The translations under genes and the position numbers were made by a program. Under the pieces are notes generated by a model that saw only the letters and a list, made by a program, of their open reading frames with translations, was not told where the DNA came from and searched no databases. From Thermodesulfobacteriota bacterium (GTDB lineage: Bacteria > Desulfobacterota > Binatia > Bin18): a DNA stretch of 64,000 nucleotides. Positions within the stretch are counted from its first letter, which is position 1; each line of letters opens with the position of its first letter. This document shows positions 37,724 to 47,491 of this stretch, in pieces. The stretch is from positions 4,192,001 through 4,256,000 of the forward strand of contig OZ219926.1 in NCBI GenBank assembly GCA_964291405.2, written 5' to 3'.

Positions 37724-38548
37724 ATGCACATCCTTCTCACCGGTGCCGGCGGTCAGCTAGGCTATGCCATTCAAGGCATCTTCAGTCATCACGATATTAT
37801 CGCTTATGACCGACAGCAGCTCGATATTACCGACCTCGATGCGATCCGCGCAGCGGTCGCAACGCATGCTCCCGACTTGGTACTCAACGCGGCTGCGTAT
37901 AATGCTGTGGACCAGGCGGAGCGAGATCCTGAGGCCGCGTATCGGGCAAATGCCCTCGGCCCTCGTAACCTTGCCCTCGTGACCGCAGCCCGTGGGATGC
38001 CACTCCTGCATATGTCCACGAATTATGTTTTCGACGGACTGAGCCGCAGGCCGTATCATGAATTTGACAGGCCTCACCCCCAGTCGGTTTATGGGCAGAG
38101 CAAGCTCGCTGGAGAAGAAGCGGTGCGGGCCTTAAATCCAAAGCATTATATTGTTCGCACCTCTTGGGTGTACCACACGCACGGAAAGAACTTTATACAA
38201 ACCATGCGTGCCCTCTCCCAACAGCCCGAAGTCCGGGTGGTAAACGACCAATTTGGTTCCCCGACCTATGCCCCGCATTTAGCAACAGCCTTGGCCCGGC
38301 TCGTGACGACTGAAGCCTTTGGGACCTACCATATGGCCGGCCGGGGTGGCACGAGCCGCTTTGATCTCATTCGGACTTTATATGCACTCCTTGGCGTTCG
38401 TTCCCAGGTGAAACCCGTTCCGAGCACAGAGATGCCCCGCCTGGCACAATGCCCCTCCTATGCGGTGCTGACAACGCTTCAAGAGCCCTCTATACATCTC
38501 CCGCCCTGGCAAGATGGCCTTGCCCAGTTTGTGCAGTCTGCGTTATAG
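37724..38548 (+). CDS. rfbD: dTDP-4-dehydrorhamnose reductase family
   Basis: GAGGQLG, NAAAY.AVDQAE, ST.YVFDG, YGQSKL.GE, VNDQFGSPT. Confidence 0.88.
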   Translation: MHILLTGAGGQLGYAIQGIFSHHDIIAYDRQQLDITDLDAIRAAVATHAPDLVLNAAAYNAVDQAERDPEAAYRANALGPRNLALVTAARGMPLLHMSTNYVFDGLSRRPYHEFDRPHPQSVYGQSKLAGEEAVRALNPKHYIVRTSWVYHTHGKNFIQTMRALSQQPEVRVVNDQFGSPTYAPHLATALARLVTTEAFGTYHMAGRGGTSRFDLIRTLYALLGVRSQVKPVPSTEMPRLAQCPSYAVLTTLQEPSIHLPPWQDGLAQFVQSAL

Positions 38549-38627
38549 CCGGATCATTCTCTCGGACAAAGGCTTGAAACACCAGGGTGAAGCCAGGCAT
38601 CTGATACTCTCGGAAGGGAGCGGAAAC

Positions 38628-39368
38628 ATGGAAGAAGGGCACACACAAGGAGAAAATGCCCAGGCTCAAACGGCGATCAAAGGACGCCTTTTCGGTAAAA
38701 TTACGCTTATTGTTGTTGGGGTCGCTCTGCTCATCTTTTTAGGTCGTCAGGCTGGGGCGTATGTGCCGGTGTTTGCCGCCTGGGTGGAGACGCTTGGGGT
38801 GTGGGGACCGCTTGTCTTCATTGCCGGCTATGCCCTTGCCGCTGTGGCCTTTATCCCCGGCTCTGTCCTCACCCTAGCTGCAGGTGCAATCTTCGGGCTC
38901 CTGAGCGGCATCGTGTATGTCTTTATTGCCGCTACCCTGGGTTCGTGTCTCGCGTTTCTGGTTGCGCGTTATCTTGCTCGGGGGGCTATCGAGCGGAAGC
39001 TGGCCGATACACCCCGATTTGCCGCTATCGATCGGGCGGTGAGTGCTCAGGGACGGAAAATTGTCTTTTTGTTGCGACTGTCTCCGGTCTTCCCATTTAA
39101 TCTTCTGAACTACGCTCTGGGCCTGACTAATGTGCGCTTTGTGGACTATGCTATCGCTGCGTTTGGTATGCTGCCAGGGACGATTCTGTATGTCTATTAC
39201 GGAAAACTGGCCGGAGATGTGGCCGCTCTGGCTGGAGGGGCTGCGCCGGAACGAGGGATTGCTGACTACGGAGTTCTCCTCCTGGGTCTGGTCGCTACCA
39301 TCGTAGTAACCACCATTGTCACACGCACGGCTCGGAAGGCGCTCAAGGAAGCGACCGGAGAAGACTGA
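38628..39368 (+). CDS. TVP38/TMEM64 (DedA superfamily) membrane protein
   Basis: IPGSVLTLAAGAIFG, LLRLSPVFPFNLLNYALG. Confidence 0.92.
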   Translation: MEEGHTQGENAQAQTAIKGRLFGKITLIVVGVALLIFLGRQAGAYVPVFAAWVETLGVWGPLVFIAGYALAAVAFIPGSVLTLAAGAIFGLLSGIVYVFIAATLGSCLAFLVARYLARGAIERKLADTPRFAAIDRAVSAQGRKIVFLLRLSPVFPFNLLNYALGLTNVRFVDYAIAAFGMLPGTILYVYYGKLAGDVAALAGGAAPERGIADYGVLLLGLVATIVVTTIVTRTARKALKEATGED

Positions 39369-39434
39369 CGCACTATGACGAGTCTGCTCAGATGCAGGTA
39401 AACCCTCCACTCACAAAGACGATGGGAGAATTTG

Positions 39435-40499
39435 ATGGATTTCGGAATTTGTGTTGCCGCAAAAATTGATGACGTCGGTTACATTACCCATGCAGAAAAT
39501 CTCGGGTACTCCCACGCTTGGGTCGCTGACAGTCAAATGATCTGGTCAGACTGCTACGCCGTGCTGGCCCTGGCCGCCCAGCAAACTCGTACGATTAACA
39601 TCGGTACAGGTGTGTCTGTTGCAGGGACGCGCATAGCTCCGGTGACGGCGCATAGCATCGCCACGATTAACCGCTTAGCCCCAGGCCGCACCTTTCTTGG
39701 GATTGGCACCGGCAACACCGCCATGCGAATCATGGGTCACAAGCCCATGAAGCTCCGAGAGTTCGGTGAGTATTTACGGGTACTCCGGGCGCTCCTGCAC
39801 GGTAAAGAAGTGACCATGACCTGGCAAGGTCAAACCACGCCGGTCCAATTCCAGATGCAGGAGTATCAGTTCATTGATGTCGAGCACTACATCCCCTTGT
39901 ATGTCTCCGGCTTTGGTCCAAAGGCTCAGGCATTGGCGGGTGAATATGGCGATGGGTTGGTTGTCTCCATCCCCCCAGACCCGGAATTCATGCGCCGGGC
40001 ACTGCTCAACGCCAAGGCAGGCGCCGAACGCGGCGGGCGGAATGGAGACCATTATTATACGTGTGCCCTCAGCGCGGTTGCCTTGTTAGAACCGGGTGAA
40101 TCGCTCAGCTCGGAGCGTATTCTGCGTGAATGCGGTCCGTTTGCTATTGCGTCGCTCCACTATCTGTACGATAAAGTGCGCCAGTTTGGTGGACAGCCGC
40201 CCCGGCATCTCGCCGATATTTGGGACGAATACAGCACGCTGGTCGAGCGAACGCCGCCCTCGCACCGTCATCTGCGCATTCACGCCGGCCACTGCGTCTA
40301 CCATCTGCCTGAAGAGGAAAAATTCATTACGCCCGAGCTTATCAAATCGACCTGTCTTGCCGGTACACCAGAGGAAGTCATCGAACAGATCAAACGCCTT
40401 CAGACAACCGGCCTGGATCAAATCATGCTGCTCCCCTCTCTCGCGACGCAGTATCGGGTGATTGAAGATTTCACCCGGAAAGTCATGGAGAAGTTGTAG
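39435..40499 (+). CDS. LLM class oxidoreductase
   Basis: AWVADSQM, GTGV, LAPGRTFLGIGTG, GTPEEV. Confidence 0.9.
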   Translation: MDFGICVAAKIDDVGYITHAENLGYSHAWVADSQMIWSDCYAVLALAAQQTRTINIGTGVSVAGTRIAPVTAHSIATINRLAPGRTFLGIGTGNTAMRIMGHKPMKLREFGEYLRVLRALLHGKEVTMTWQGQTTPVQFQMQEYQFIDVEHYIPLYVSGFGPKAQALAGEYGDGLVVSIPPDPEFMRRALLNAKAGAERGGRNGDHYYTCALSAVALLEPGESLSSERILRECGPFAIASLHYLYDKVRQFGGQPPRHLADIWDEYSTLVERTPPSHRHLRIHAGHCVYHLPEEEKFITPELIKSTCLAGTPEEVIEQIKRLQTTGLDQIMLLPSLATQYRVIEDFTRKVMEKL

Positions 40500-40605
40500 G
40501 ACAGGCTTAAAAGAGGCGCAGGGCTGGGCAACTCGGCGTTGACAAGCGTGAGCGTAATGACTGAGCGCGAGCAAGGGCGCAGGGGGCGGTCGCTCCTCGG
40601 TACCT

Positions 40606-41001
40606 CTATTCAAACGCGGTCGTCACCAGCTCCGTATCCAGATATTCTGTAATCTGCTGGATTTTGCTGTTCTGAAGCTGAATGACTAAACAGTAGGTAT
40701 TGTTATATGACTTGCCCGTCTTTGTTTGTGACTTGCCTTGGGTTTGCAAGACGACATAGTCCCCTTCGGCAATCGTATTCAGAATGGTGTTGGTGATGAA
40801 CCCATCGAGTTGCGCAGTCAGAGGGGTAAAGAGCCGCTCAACGATATCCGCCTTGCCGGTATAGGTGTGAGAGTATTTCGTGGTGCCGATAATGGTCCAG
40901 CGGATATCGTCTGACAAATGGCTGAAAAACTTTTCCGAATTACCGGCATTCAACGCGGCGAATGTGTCGTGAACCAATTGTTTATTCTCAGCAGCACCCA
41001 T
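40606..41001 (-). CDS. NTF2/SnoaL-like (ketosteroid isomerase-like) protein
   Basis: ENKQLV, IAEGDYVV, YNNTYC, ITEYLDT; SD AGGAGG. Confidence 0.88.
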   Translation of the reverse strand: MGAAENKQLVHDTFAALNAGNSEKFFSHLSDDIRWTIIGTTKYSHTYTGKADIVERLFTPLTAQLDGFITNTILNTIAEGDYVVLQTQGKSQTKTGKSYNNTYCLVIQLQNSKIQQITEYLDTELVTTAFE

Positions 41002-41076
41002 AATAGTCCCTCCTGTAATGATATAGAGTAATGGACATATCGCACGTTTACAGGCGGATTGCCATCGCCCGGACGA

Positions 41077-42062
41077 CTAAAACGCTACTGGCAGCGCCTT
41101 TAAGCCCCGCAGGGTCAACATATCGCGCCACTCAAGCTGGTCCGTTGCCAGTTGTATATCTGGCATCCGGCGCAGCATCGAGTTGATAGCAATCTGTGCT
41201 TCGACCCGGGCGAGTGGTGCCCCTAAGCAATGGTGAATACCGTGACCGAAGGTGAGGTGCGGATTCTCCTGGCGGGTAATATCAAGCTGGTCAGGGTCGG
41301 GGAAATGGGCTGGGTCGCGATTGGCCGCTCCGAGCAGGAGCAGGGCTTGCTGGTTCTTGCATATGGTTTTGCCACCCACCTCAATATCTTCAAGTGCCAC
41401 CCGCGCGGTGATTTGTACCCAGCCGTCATAGCGGAGAAATTCTTCAACCGCCGTTTTGATCAACGACGGGTCCGCTTTCAGCTTGGCCATCGAGCCAGGG
41501 CTGCGGTCCAGTCTTTGAAAGATTCTCGGTCTTGTGTGGGAACGCCAATCAACTCAGCAATCACAATGACCGGCAACGGAAAGGCCAAGTCCTGGATAAT
41601 GTCAAAGCGCCTCTTTGCGTGTACAGCGTCAAGTAAGTCATGCACGATGTCCTGAATATGGGTCCGCATATTTTCAACCATCCGCGGCGTAAACGCCTTT
41701 GTGACTAATTTGCGCAGCCGGGTATGGTTGGGTGGATTTTTTAAGAGCATCCACCGGCTTTGCATATCGTCAGCAGGGCCAGTCCCACCCAGGGCTTCGA
41801 CATAATCATCAAACTGTTCCCAATTTCGTGGGTTGGCGCTGGCTTTGGAATGCCGTAGTATGGTGACAGTATCGTCACAACGCGTGCACACCCAGAACCC
41901 GAACACGGCACTTCAGTGGACGGGGTCAGCTTCGCGGAACCGGCGATAGATTGGGTAGGGGTTCTGACGGAAATCCTGCTGAAGGAGGTTGAATTCTAGC
42001 GGTATTTCGGGATGAGCCGGTGTCTCAGTATCTGGGACGGACGATTGGGATTCTTCGGGCAT
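41077..42062 (-). pseudogene. Cytochrome P450 pseudogene
   Basis: NPYPIYRRFREADPVH then in-frame TGA at 41915..41913; PPNHTRLRKLV, LPVIVIAELIG; frameshifted jump near 41490 lacking the I-helix; EEFLRY, ANRDP, FGHGIHHCLG retained. Confidence 0.88.
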
Positions 42063-42133
42063 GGGGGTGTTCCCTTCAACATGCTACTGCGGCCCTTAGA
42101 GCAGCGATATAGACGGGTTGTAGGAAAGTCAAG

Positions 42134-42736
42134 ATGAAGAAGGCCGAGCAATCCGAAGCCACCCGCACGGCGTTGCTGGAGGTAGCCCGTGAACTTTTTA
42201 CAGAGCGCGGCTATGCTGGCACGGCGACCGAAGACATTGCCCAGCGGGCCGGGGTGACCCGTGGAGCGCTCTACTACCAGTTCGGAGACAAGTCCGGCCT
42301 CTTTCATGCGGTCTTGGAAGGCATCAGTCTGAGTACTAATGAAAAAGTCGTAAGTGCCATGCACTCTGGCCAGGGGGGGCAGGGGGACCTCTGGGATCAG
42401 ATAGTCCGTACGGGCGCGGAAGCGTATCTGGATGCCTGCATGGACCCGGCTGTCCAACGCATCGGGTTGATTGAGGCCCCAGCCGTGCTGGGCTGGGAGG
42501 AAAAGCGCGAGTTGGATAGAAAATATGGGATTAGCCTCATATCTAGCGCCCTCCAAGAACTTATGGGCGTTGGGCTGATCGCTCCACAGCCGGTTGAACC
42601 CCTGGCTCATCTTGTTTTAAGCGCCGTGCTTGAAGCGGCGATGTATATCGCCCGCGCCGATGACATACCTGCGGCGCGCAAAGAAATGGGGGCAAGTTTG
42701 GAACGTCTTCTTGATGGGATGCGAGTAAAGGGCTGA
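42134..42736 (+). CDS. TetR/AcrR regulator, tandem copy 1
   Basis: ARELFTERGY...TEDIAQRAGVTRGALYYQF HTH. Confidence 0.93.
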   Translation: MKKAEQSEATRTALLEVARELFTERGYAGTATEDIAQRAGVTRGALYYQFGDKSGLFHAVLEGISLSTNEKVVSAMHSGQGGQGDLWDQIVRTGAEAYLDACMDPAVQRIGLIEAPAVLGWEEKRELDRKYGISLISSALQELMGVGLIAPQPVEPLAHLVLSAVLEAAMYIARADDIPAARKEMGASLERLLDGMRVKG

Positions 42737-42744
42737 GTCTGGGG

Positions 42745-43350
42745 ATGAAGAAGGCCGAGCAATCCGAAGCCACTCGCGCAGTGTTACTCCAGGCGGCCCG
42801 CGAGCTTTTTATGGAGCGAGGGTATGCCGACACGGGGACCGAAGATATTGCCCAACGGGCTGGGGTGACGCGTGGGGCACTCTACTATCAGTTCCGTGAC
42901 AAGCCCGGTCTCTTTCGTGCGGTTGTGGAAGACCTCAATCTGAACATTTCTACCCAAATCGTGAGTGCCATGCAGGCTAACCAAGGGGAGGAGACAGGGG
43001 ACCTCTGGGATCGTCTCGTCAACGCTGGGAGAGAAGTGTATCTGGATGCCTGCCTGGACCCGGCTTTCCAACGTATCGCGCTGATTGAAGCCTCCGCTGT
43101 GCTGGGCTGGGAGGAAAAGCGTGCGGTGGAAGAAAAACATGGGCTTAGTATCATCCGCGGTATGATTCAAGCACTTCTAGAAGCTAGGCTGATTGCTCCA
43201 CAGCCAGTTGAACCACTGGCCCACCTTATCTTAAGCGCAATAACTGAAGCGGCGGTGTATATCGCCCGTGCTGATGACATACCTGCTGTGCGCAAAGAAA
43301 TGGGCGCCAGCCTGGAGCGCCTCTTTAGTGGCCTACGGGTGAAGCACTGA
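42745..43350 (+). CDS. TetR/AcrR regulator, tandem copy 2
   Basis: Same HTH; 8 bp after copy 1. Confidence 0.93.
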   Translation: MKKAEQSEATRAVLLQAARELFMERGYADTGTEDIAQRAGVTRGALYYQFRDKPGLFRAVVEDLNLNISTQIVSAMQANQGEETGDLWDRLVNAGREVYLDACLDPAFQRIALIEASAVLGWEEKRAVEEKHGLSIIRGMIQALLEARLIAPQPVEPLAHLILSAITEAAVYIARADDIPAVRKEMGASLERLFSGLRVKH

Positions 43351-43358
43351 ACCTGCCT

Positions 43359-43961
43359 ATGAAGAAGGCTGAGCAATCGGAATCCACCCGCACGGCGTTA
43401 CTCCAGGCCGCCCGCGAACTCTTCACTGAGCGTGGGTATGCCGACACGGGAACCGAAGACATTGCCCAGCGGGCCGGGGTGACCCGCGGAGCGCTCTATT
43501 ACCAGTTCCGTGACAAGCTCGGCCTCTTTCGTGCGGTTGTGGAAGACCTCAATCTGCATATTGTCCAAAAAGTCGCGAGTGCCATACAGGCTGGCCGGGA
43601 AGAGCAGGAAGATCTCTGGGATGCGATAGCTCGTACTGGTACGGAAGCATTTCTGGATGCCTGCCTGGACCCGGCTGTCCAACGCATTGTGTTGACTGAG
43701 GTTACCGCCGTGCTGGGATGGCAGGAAGAGCGTGAGTTGGATGAGAATTATGGGCTGGGTGTCGTCCGTGGTGCCATCCAAGAACTCATGGGCGCTGGGA
43801 TGGTTGCTCCGCAACCGCTTGAACCGCTGGCCCACCTTATCTTAAGTGTAGAGAGGGAAGCGGCTCGATATATTGCCCGCGCAGATGATATACCCACTGC
43901 GCGCAAAGAAATGGGAGCAAGTTTGGAACGTCTTCTGGATGGGATGCGGGTGAAGCACTGA
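43359..43961 (+). CDS. TetR/AcrR regulator, tandem copy 3
   Basis: Same HTH; 8 bp after copy 2. Confidence 0.93.
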   Translation: MKKAEQSESTRTALLQAARELFTERGYADTGTEDIAQRAGVTRGALYYQFRDKLGLFRAVVEDLNLHIVQKVASAIQAGREEQEDLWDAIARTGTEAFLDACLDPAVQRIVLTEVTAVLGWQEERELDENYGLGVVRGAIQELMGAGMVAPQPLEPLAHLILSVEREAARYIARADDIPTARKEMGASLERLLDGMRVKH

Positions 43962-43969
43962 GTTTGCCT

Positions 43970-44572
43970 ATGAAGAAGGTTGAGCAATCCGAAGCCACCC
44001 GCGCAGTGTTGCTCAAAGTGGCCCGTGAGCTTTTTACCGAGCACGGGTATGCCGATACGACAACAGGAGACATTGCTAAACGAGCCGGGGTAACACGTGG
44101 GGCCCTCTACTACCAGTTTCGTGACAAGTTCGGTCTCTTTCGTGCGGTTGTGGAAGACCTCTATCTAGATATTGCTCAAAAAGTCGTAAGTGCCATACAG
44201 GCTGGCCGGGAAGATCAGAGGGATCTTTGGGACCAGATAGTGCATACTGGCACGGAAGCATATCTGGATGCCTGCCTGGACCCGGCTTTCCAACGTATCG
44301 GGCTGATTGAGTCCGTCGTCGTCCTGGGCTGGGAGGAAGAGCGTGCGGTGGATGAGAAATATGGGCTGGGTGTCGTCCGTGGTGCCCTCCAAGAACTTAT
44401 GGACGCCGGGCTGATTGCTCCGCAGCCAATTGAATCGCTGACGCACCTGATATTAAGCATAGAACATGAAGCGGCTCGATATATTGCCCGCGCCGACGAT
44501 AGACTCACTGCACGAAAAGAAATGAGTGCCAGCCTGAAACGCCTCTTTGATGGGATGCGGGTGAAGGGCTGA
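43970..44572 (+). CDS. TetR/AcrR regulator, tandem copy 4
   Basis: HTH TGDIAKRAGVTRGALYYQF; 8 bp after copy 3. Confidence 0.93.
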   Translation: MKKVEQSEATRAVLLKVARELFTEHGYADTTTGDIAKRAGVTRGALYYQFRDKFGLFRAVVEDLYLDIAQKVVSAIQAGREDQRDLWDQIVHTGTEAYLDACLDPAFQRIGLIESVVVLGWEEERAVDEKYGLGVVRGALQELMDAGLIAPQPIESLTHLILSIEHEAARYIARADDRLTARKEMSASLKRLFDGMRVKG

Positions 44573-44621
44573 GTCGGTCCCTATAGATGAGGGTGGCAGA
44601 ATGTGACCCAACTCTGCTGGT

Positions 44622-45395
44622 CTACAAATGACTCAGCGCTCCCCCTTCAACCCACACGGTTTGACCGGTGATAAAGCCCGCCATGTCTGAGGCCAGATAC
44701 ACGGCGGCTTCGCCGACTTCAGACGGCTGTGCCAGGCGTTTATGCGGCAAATAGCGACGCAACTGTTCCTGTACGGCCGTGTCTTTGAGCAAGCCCATAC
44801 CCTCGGTCCAACCCGCTCCAATGGCGTTCACCGTGATTCCGCTTCGAGCCCATTCAAGGGCCAGGGCACGGGTCAAATTAAGAACCCCACCTTGCGCCGC
44901 ACAATACGCGCTGCCATTGATCATCCCCCGCTCGCCGAGCAATGAGACAACATTAATAATCCGTCCGCTGTGTTGAGCCAGCATGGGAGCGGCGGCTGCC
45001 CGACAGGCAAAATACACGCCTGTCAAATTGACCTCCAGCACCCGTCGCCATTCCTTGGAAGAAATGTCACGGAGGGGCTTGGCAAACGGCAGGTCGTGAG
45101 TATTGACGAGAATATCGAGCGTGCCAAGTTCTGAGACAGTCTGCTCCACCAGGGCCTGCACGTCAGCTTCGTTCGCGGCGTCTATCATCTGAGCCAGGCT
45201 CTTTCTGCCCTGAGATTGAATCGCATCTCGGCAGGTGAGGACAGCCCTCTGTTCTCGTGGTGTAGCGAGCGTCGAGCCCACTGCGACATTCGCACCTGCC
45301 TCGGCCAGCGCACATGCAGCGGCCCTGCCAATAGCCGAACTGGCTCCGAGTACCAGCGCGTTTCTTTCCGCTAAAGAAAACGCGGCTAGGCTCAT
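44622..45395 (-). CDS. SDR family oxidoreductase (atypical motifs)
   Basis: LGASSAIG, NTHD in place of NNAG, YCAAQ in place of YxxxK; ATGA overlap with upstream SDR. Confidence 0.85.
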   Translation of the reverse strand: MSLAAFSLAERNALVLGASSAIGRAAACALAEAGANVAVGSTLATPREQRAVLTCRDAIQSQGRKSLAQMIDAANEADVQALVEQTVSELGTLDILVNTHDLPFAKPLRDISSKEWRRVLEVNLTGVYFACRAAAAPMLAQHSGRIINVVSLLGERGMINGSAYCAAQGGVLNLTRALALEWARSGITVNAIGAGWTEGMGLLKDTAVQEQLRRYLPHKRLAQPSEVGEAAVYLASDMAGFITGQTVWVEGGALSHL

Positions 45396-46207
45396 ACGCC
45401 ATCCTCTTCCAGAGGGACGACTGGAGCAAATCCGCACGGTGCTTGCCCCCCTGCCAGGCCGCCACCCTCTAGCGCAAGCATTTGGCCATTCATGTAGTTG
45501 GACACGCCCGACGCCAGGAAGACACAAGCCGGTCCCAGCTCAGCATCCTGGCCGACTCGCCCAACCGGTATGAACTTTCCGCCACGCCAAAATTTGATCA
45601 GCTCGGGATCATCGTGCGGAAAGATGCCGGGCAGAATCAGATTAGCCTGAATGTTGTGCTCGGCGTAATTCATTGCCAGGGCGCGGGTGAAATTGATTAA
45701 GCCAGCCTTGGCCGCCGTATACATATAATTATTCTTTGCCGCCCGGACACCAAAACCGGAAGTGATATTGATGATCTTCCCTCCGCCTTGCTCGACCATG
45801 GAAGGCAGAGCCGCTCGGCAACAGTACACTGCGCCCGAGAGGTTGGTATCCACGCCCACATGCCAATGCGTATCGGGAATAGTATCGAGCGGACGAAACA
45901 TGCCTTTCGTCGCGCCGCCGGCATTGTTAACCAGAATGTCAATCTGTCCGAATGCGGTACGCCCGGCTTCGATCATGGCGTTGACCGAATGTGAATCCGT
46001 AATATCAACACGTACCGCCAAACTGCGACGGCCTTGAGCCCGGACGAGATCGGCAGTCTCGTCGATTTGATCCGGCGTTCGTGAAGCGACAACAACATCC
46101 GCTCCAGCCTCAGCAAGAGCGAGGGCCATTGCCCGACCCAAACCCCGCCCCGCCCCGGTCACCAGGGCGATTTTCCCGTCCAGCCGTAATTTATCGAGTA
46201 CGCTCAC
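45392..46207 (-). CDS. SDR family oxidoreductase
   Basis: TGAGRGLG, NNAG, YTAAK; SD GGAGG. Confidence 0.92.
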   Translation of the reverse strand: MSVLDKLRLDGKIALVTGAGRGLGRAMALALAEAGADVVVASRTPDQIDETADLVRAQGRRSLAVRVDITDSHSVNAMIEAGRTAFGQIDILVNNAGGATKGMFRPLDTIPDTHWHVGVDTNLSGAVYCCRAALPSMVEQGGGKIINITSGFGVRAAKNNYMYTAAKAGLINFTRALAMNYAEHNIQANLILPGIFPHDDPELIKFWRGGKFIPVGRVGQDAELGPACVFLASGVSNYMNGQMLALEGGGLAGGQAPCGFAPVVPLEEDGV

Positions 46208-46280
46208 ATAACCTCCCCCGTGTCTGCATCCCCCAGGAAATGGACGAATTCCTATGCTATTGCAAGGGCCGTAGAGATGA

Positions 46281-46970
46281 ATGAGAGTATCGGAAGATAT
46301 GGTTGGCTCCTCCGTTCCTGAGTCCTGGTCTGACTTTATCGAAGGCTCTGTCTACCCTGACAACGCAGTCCCCTGGTGGCATGACCCTGCCTACGCGACT
46401 ATTCTTGAACACCATGGACTGCGCGACAGTATTGGGAGCCATGTTGCTTCCGCCCTGCGGCAGGCCATCGGATTGGTCCAGGCAATGGCCCAGGTGAATG
46501 TCTTGGATGTCGTCCGCAGTCACCGTCCGGCAGTCGGCCTCAGCCTGGGCTTCGGCAGCAATGCACAGGAGCCCTACGATCTGCTCAAGACCCTTGAGTT
46601 GGACTGTGTTCACGCCTACGAATGGGTCGGCGAACACATCATTGAAGCAGCCAAGGTATTTGAGACGCTCCGCGCGAATGAGCCTCAGCTCACAACCCGC
46701 ATTCGCCTGCATCACGGGACGGTGAGTGACCTGCGTGCACTGAACACCTCTTCCATCCACCTCATCTACACGGCCAATATGTTCAACCGTGAGATTCCTA
46801 TGAGTGAAGATACGTTTGAGCGGTCTCTACAAGAGATTGTGCGTGTCCTTACTCCAAGAGGGTGTCTGATCAGTCGTGGTTCATCTGGTGTGCTGGAGCA
46901 GTCTCTTGCTCAATATCTTCATGTCCTGCTAGAGAATCCGCTGGTTTCTGTTCTGCAAAAAGAGCCCTGA
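46281..46970 (+). CDS. Divergent class I SAM methyltransferase-like protein
   Basis: LSLGFGS, HAYE, GTVSDL, IHLIY, EIVRVLTPRG. Confidence 0.55.
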   Translation: MRVSEDMVGSSVPESWSDFIEGSVYPDNAVPWWHDPAYATILEHHGLRDSIGSHVASALRQAIGLVQAMAQVNVLDVVRSHRPAVGLSLGFGSNAQEPYDLLKTLELDCVHAYEWVGEHIIEAAKVFETLRANEPQLTTRIRLHHGTVSDLRALNTSSIHLIYTANMFNREIPMSEDTFERSLQEIVRVLTPRGCLISRGSSGVLEQSLAQYLHVLLENPLVSVLQKEP

Positions 46971-46995
46971 CCGGCCGGGAGTACGTGAATTAGCC

Positions 46996-47385
46996 ATGAT
47001 CTGTTTAGACCACGTTCATATCTTTTCCTCTGACATAGAGAAGACTCTGCGCTTCTATCAGACCATGTTTGGGGCGCGGATAGTGTACGATGCCATGCTT
47101 GTGGGCCAGCGGAATATCCGCCTTGATATTGGTGGGCAGGCACTGCACGTTTACGCGCAAAAACCGCGGAGTGCGGACCGTGGTTTGGTGCATCATCTCG
47201 GTATTCGGACTGACGACCTTGAGGGGTTGATCGCCCATATGCAGGAAAACGGAGTCGTCTTTCGGAAAGGCATTGTTGAGGCTACGCCTTTTCGCTATGC
47301 CATGTGCGAAGCGCCGGACGGTGTTCTATTGGAACTCTATGAGGTGAAGCCGGGTGGAGAATGGATGGTAGGGGAGAGCGGATAG
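46996..47385 (+). CDS. VOC/glyoxalase family protein
   Basis: LDHVHI, HHLGIRTDDL, APDGVLLELYE. Confidence 0.88.
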   Translation: MICLDHVHIFSSDIEKTLRFYQTMFGARIVYDAMLVGQRNIRLDIGGQALHVYAQKPRSADRGLVHHLGIRTDDLEGLIAHMQENGVVFRKGIVEATPFRYAMCEAPDGVLLELYEVKPGGEWMVGESG

Positions 47386-47491
47386 CGCAGTCCTGTCGTA
47401 GCGGTGAGAGTCGTTCTGTCTTCTTTGCCTCAGGCAAAACCTTGCCTTCTGCTTCACCGGTCTTACATTCTTGTAGAAAGAAGCATCGACG

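Noticed and set aside
37724-38548. rfbD as part of a polysaccharide locus
   Set aside because: No rmlABC or glycosyltransferases nearby; orphan copies are common
41913-41915. TGA as selenocysteine or recoded Trp
   Set aside because: Same gene also has a frameshifting deletion, and TGA is a normal stop elsewhere in the window
41996-44508. Recurring minus-strand ORFs across the TetR array
   Set aside because: Shadows repeated only because the TetR genes are repeated
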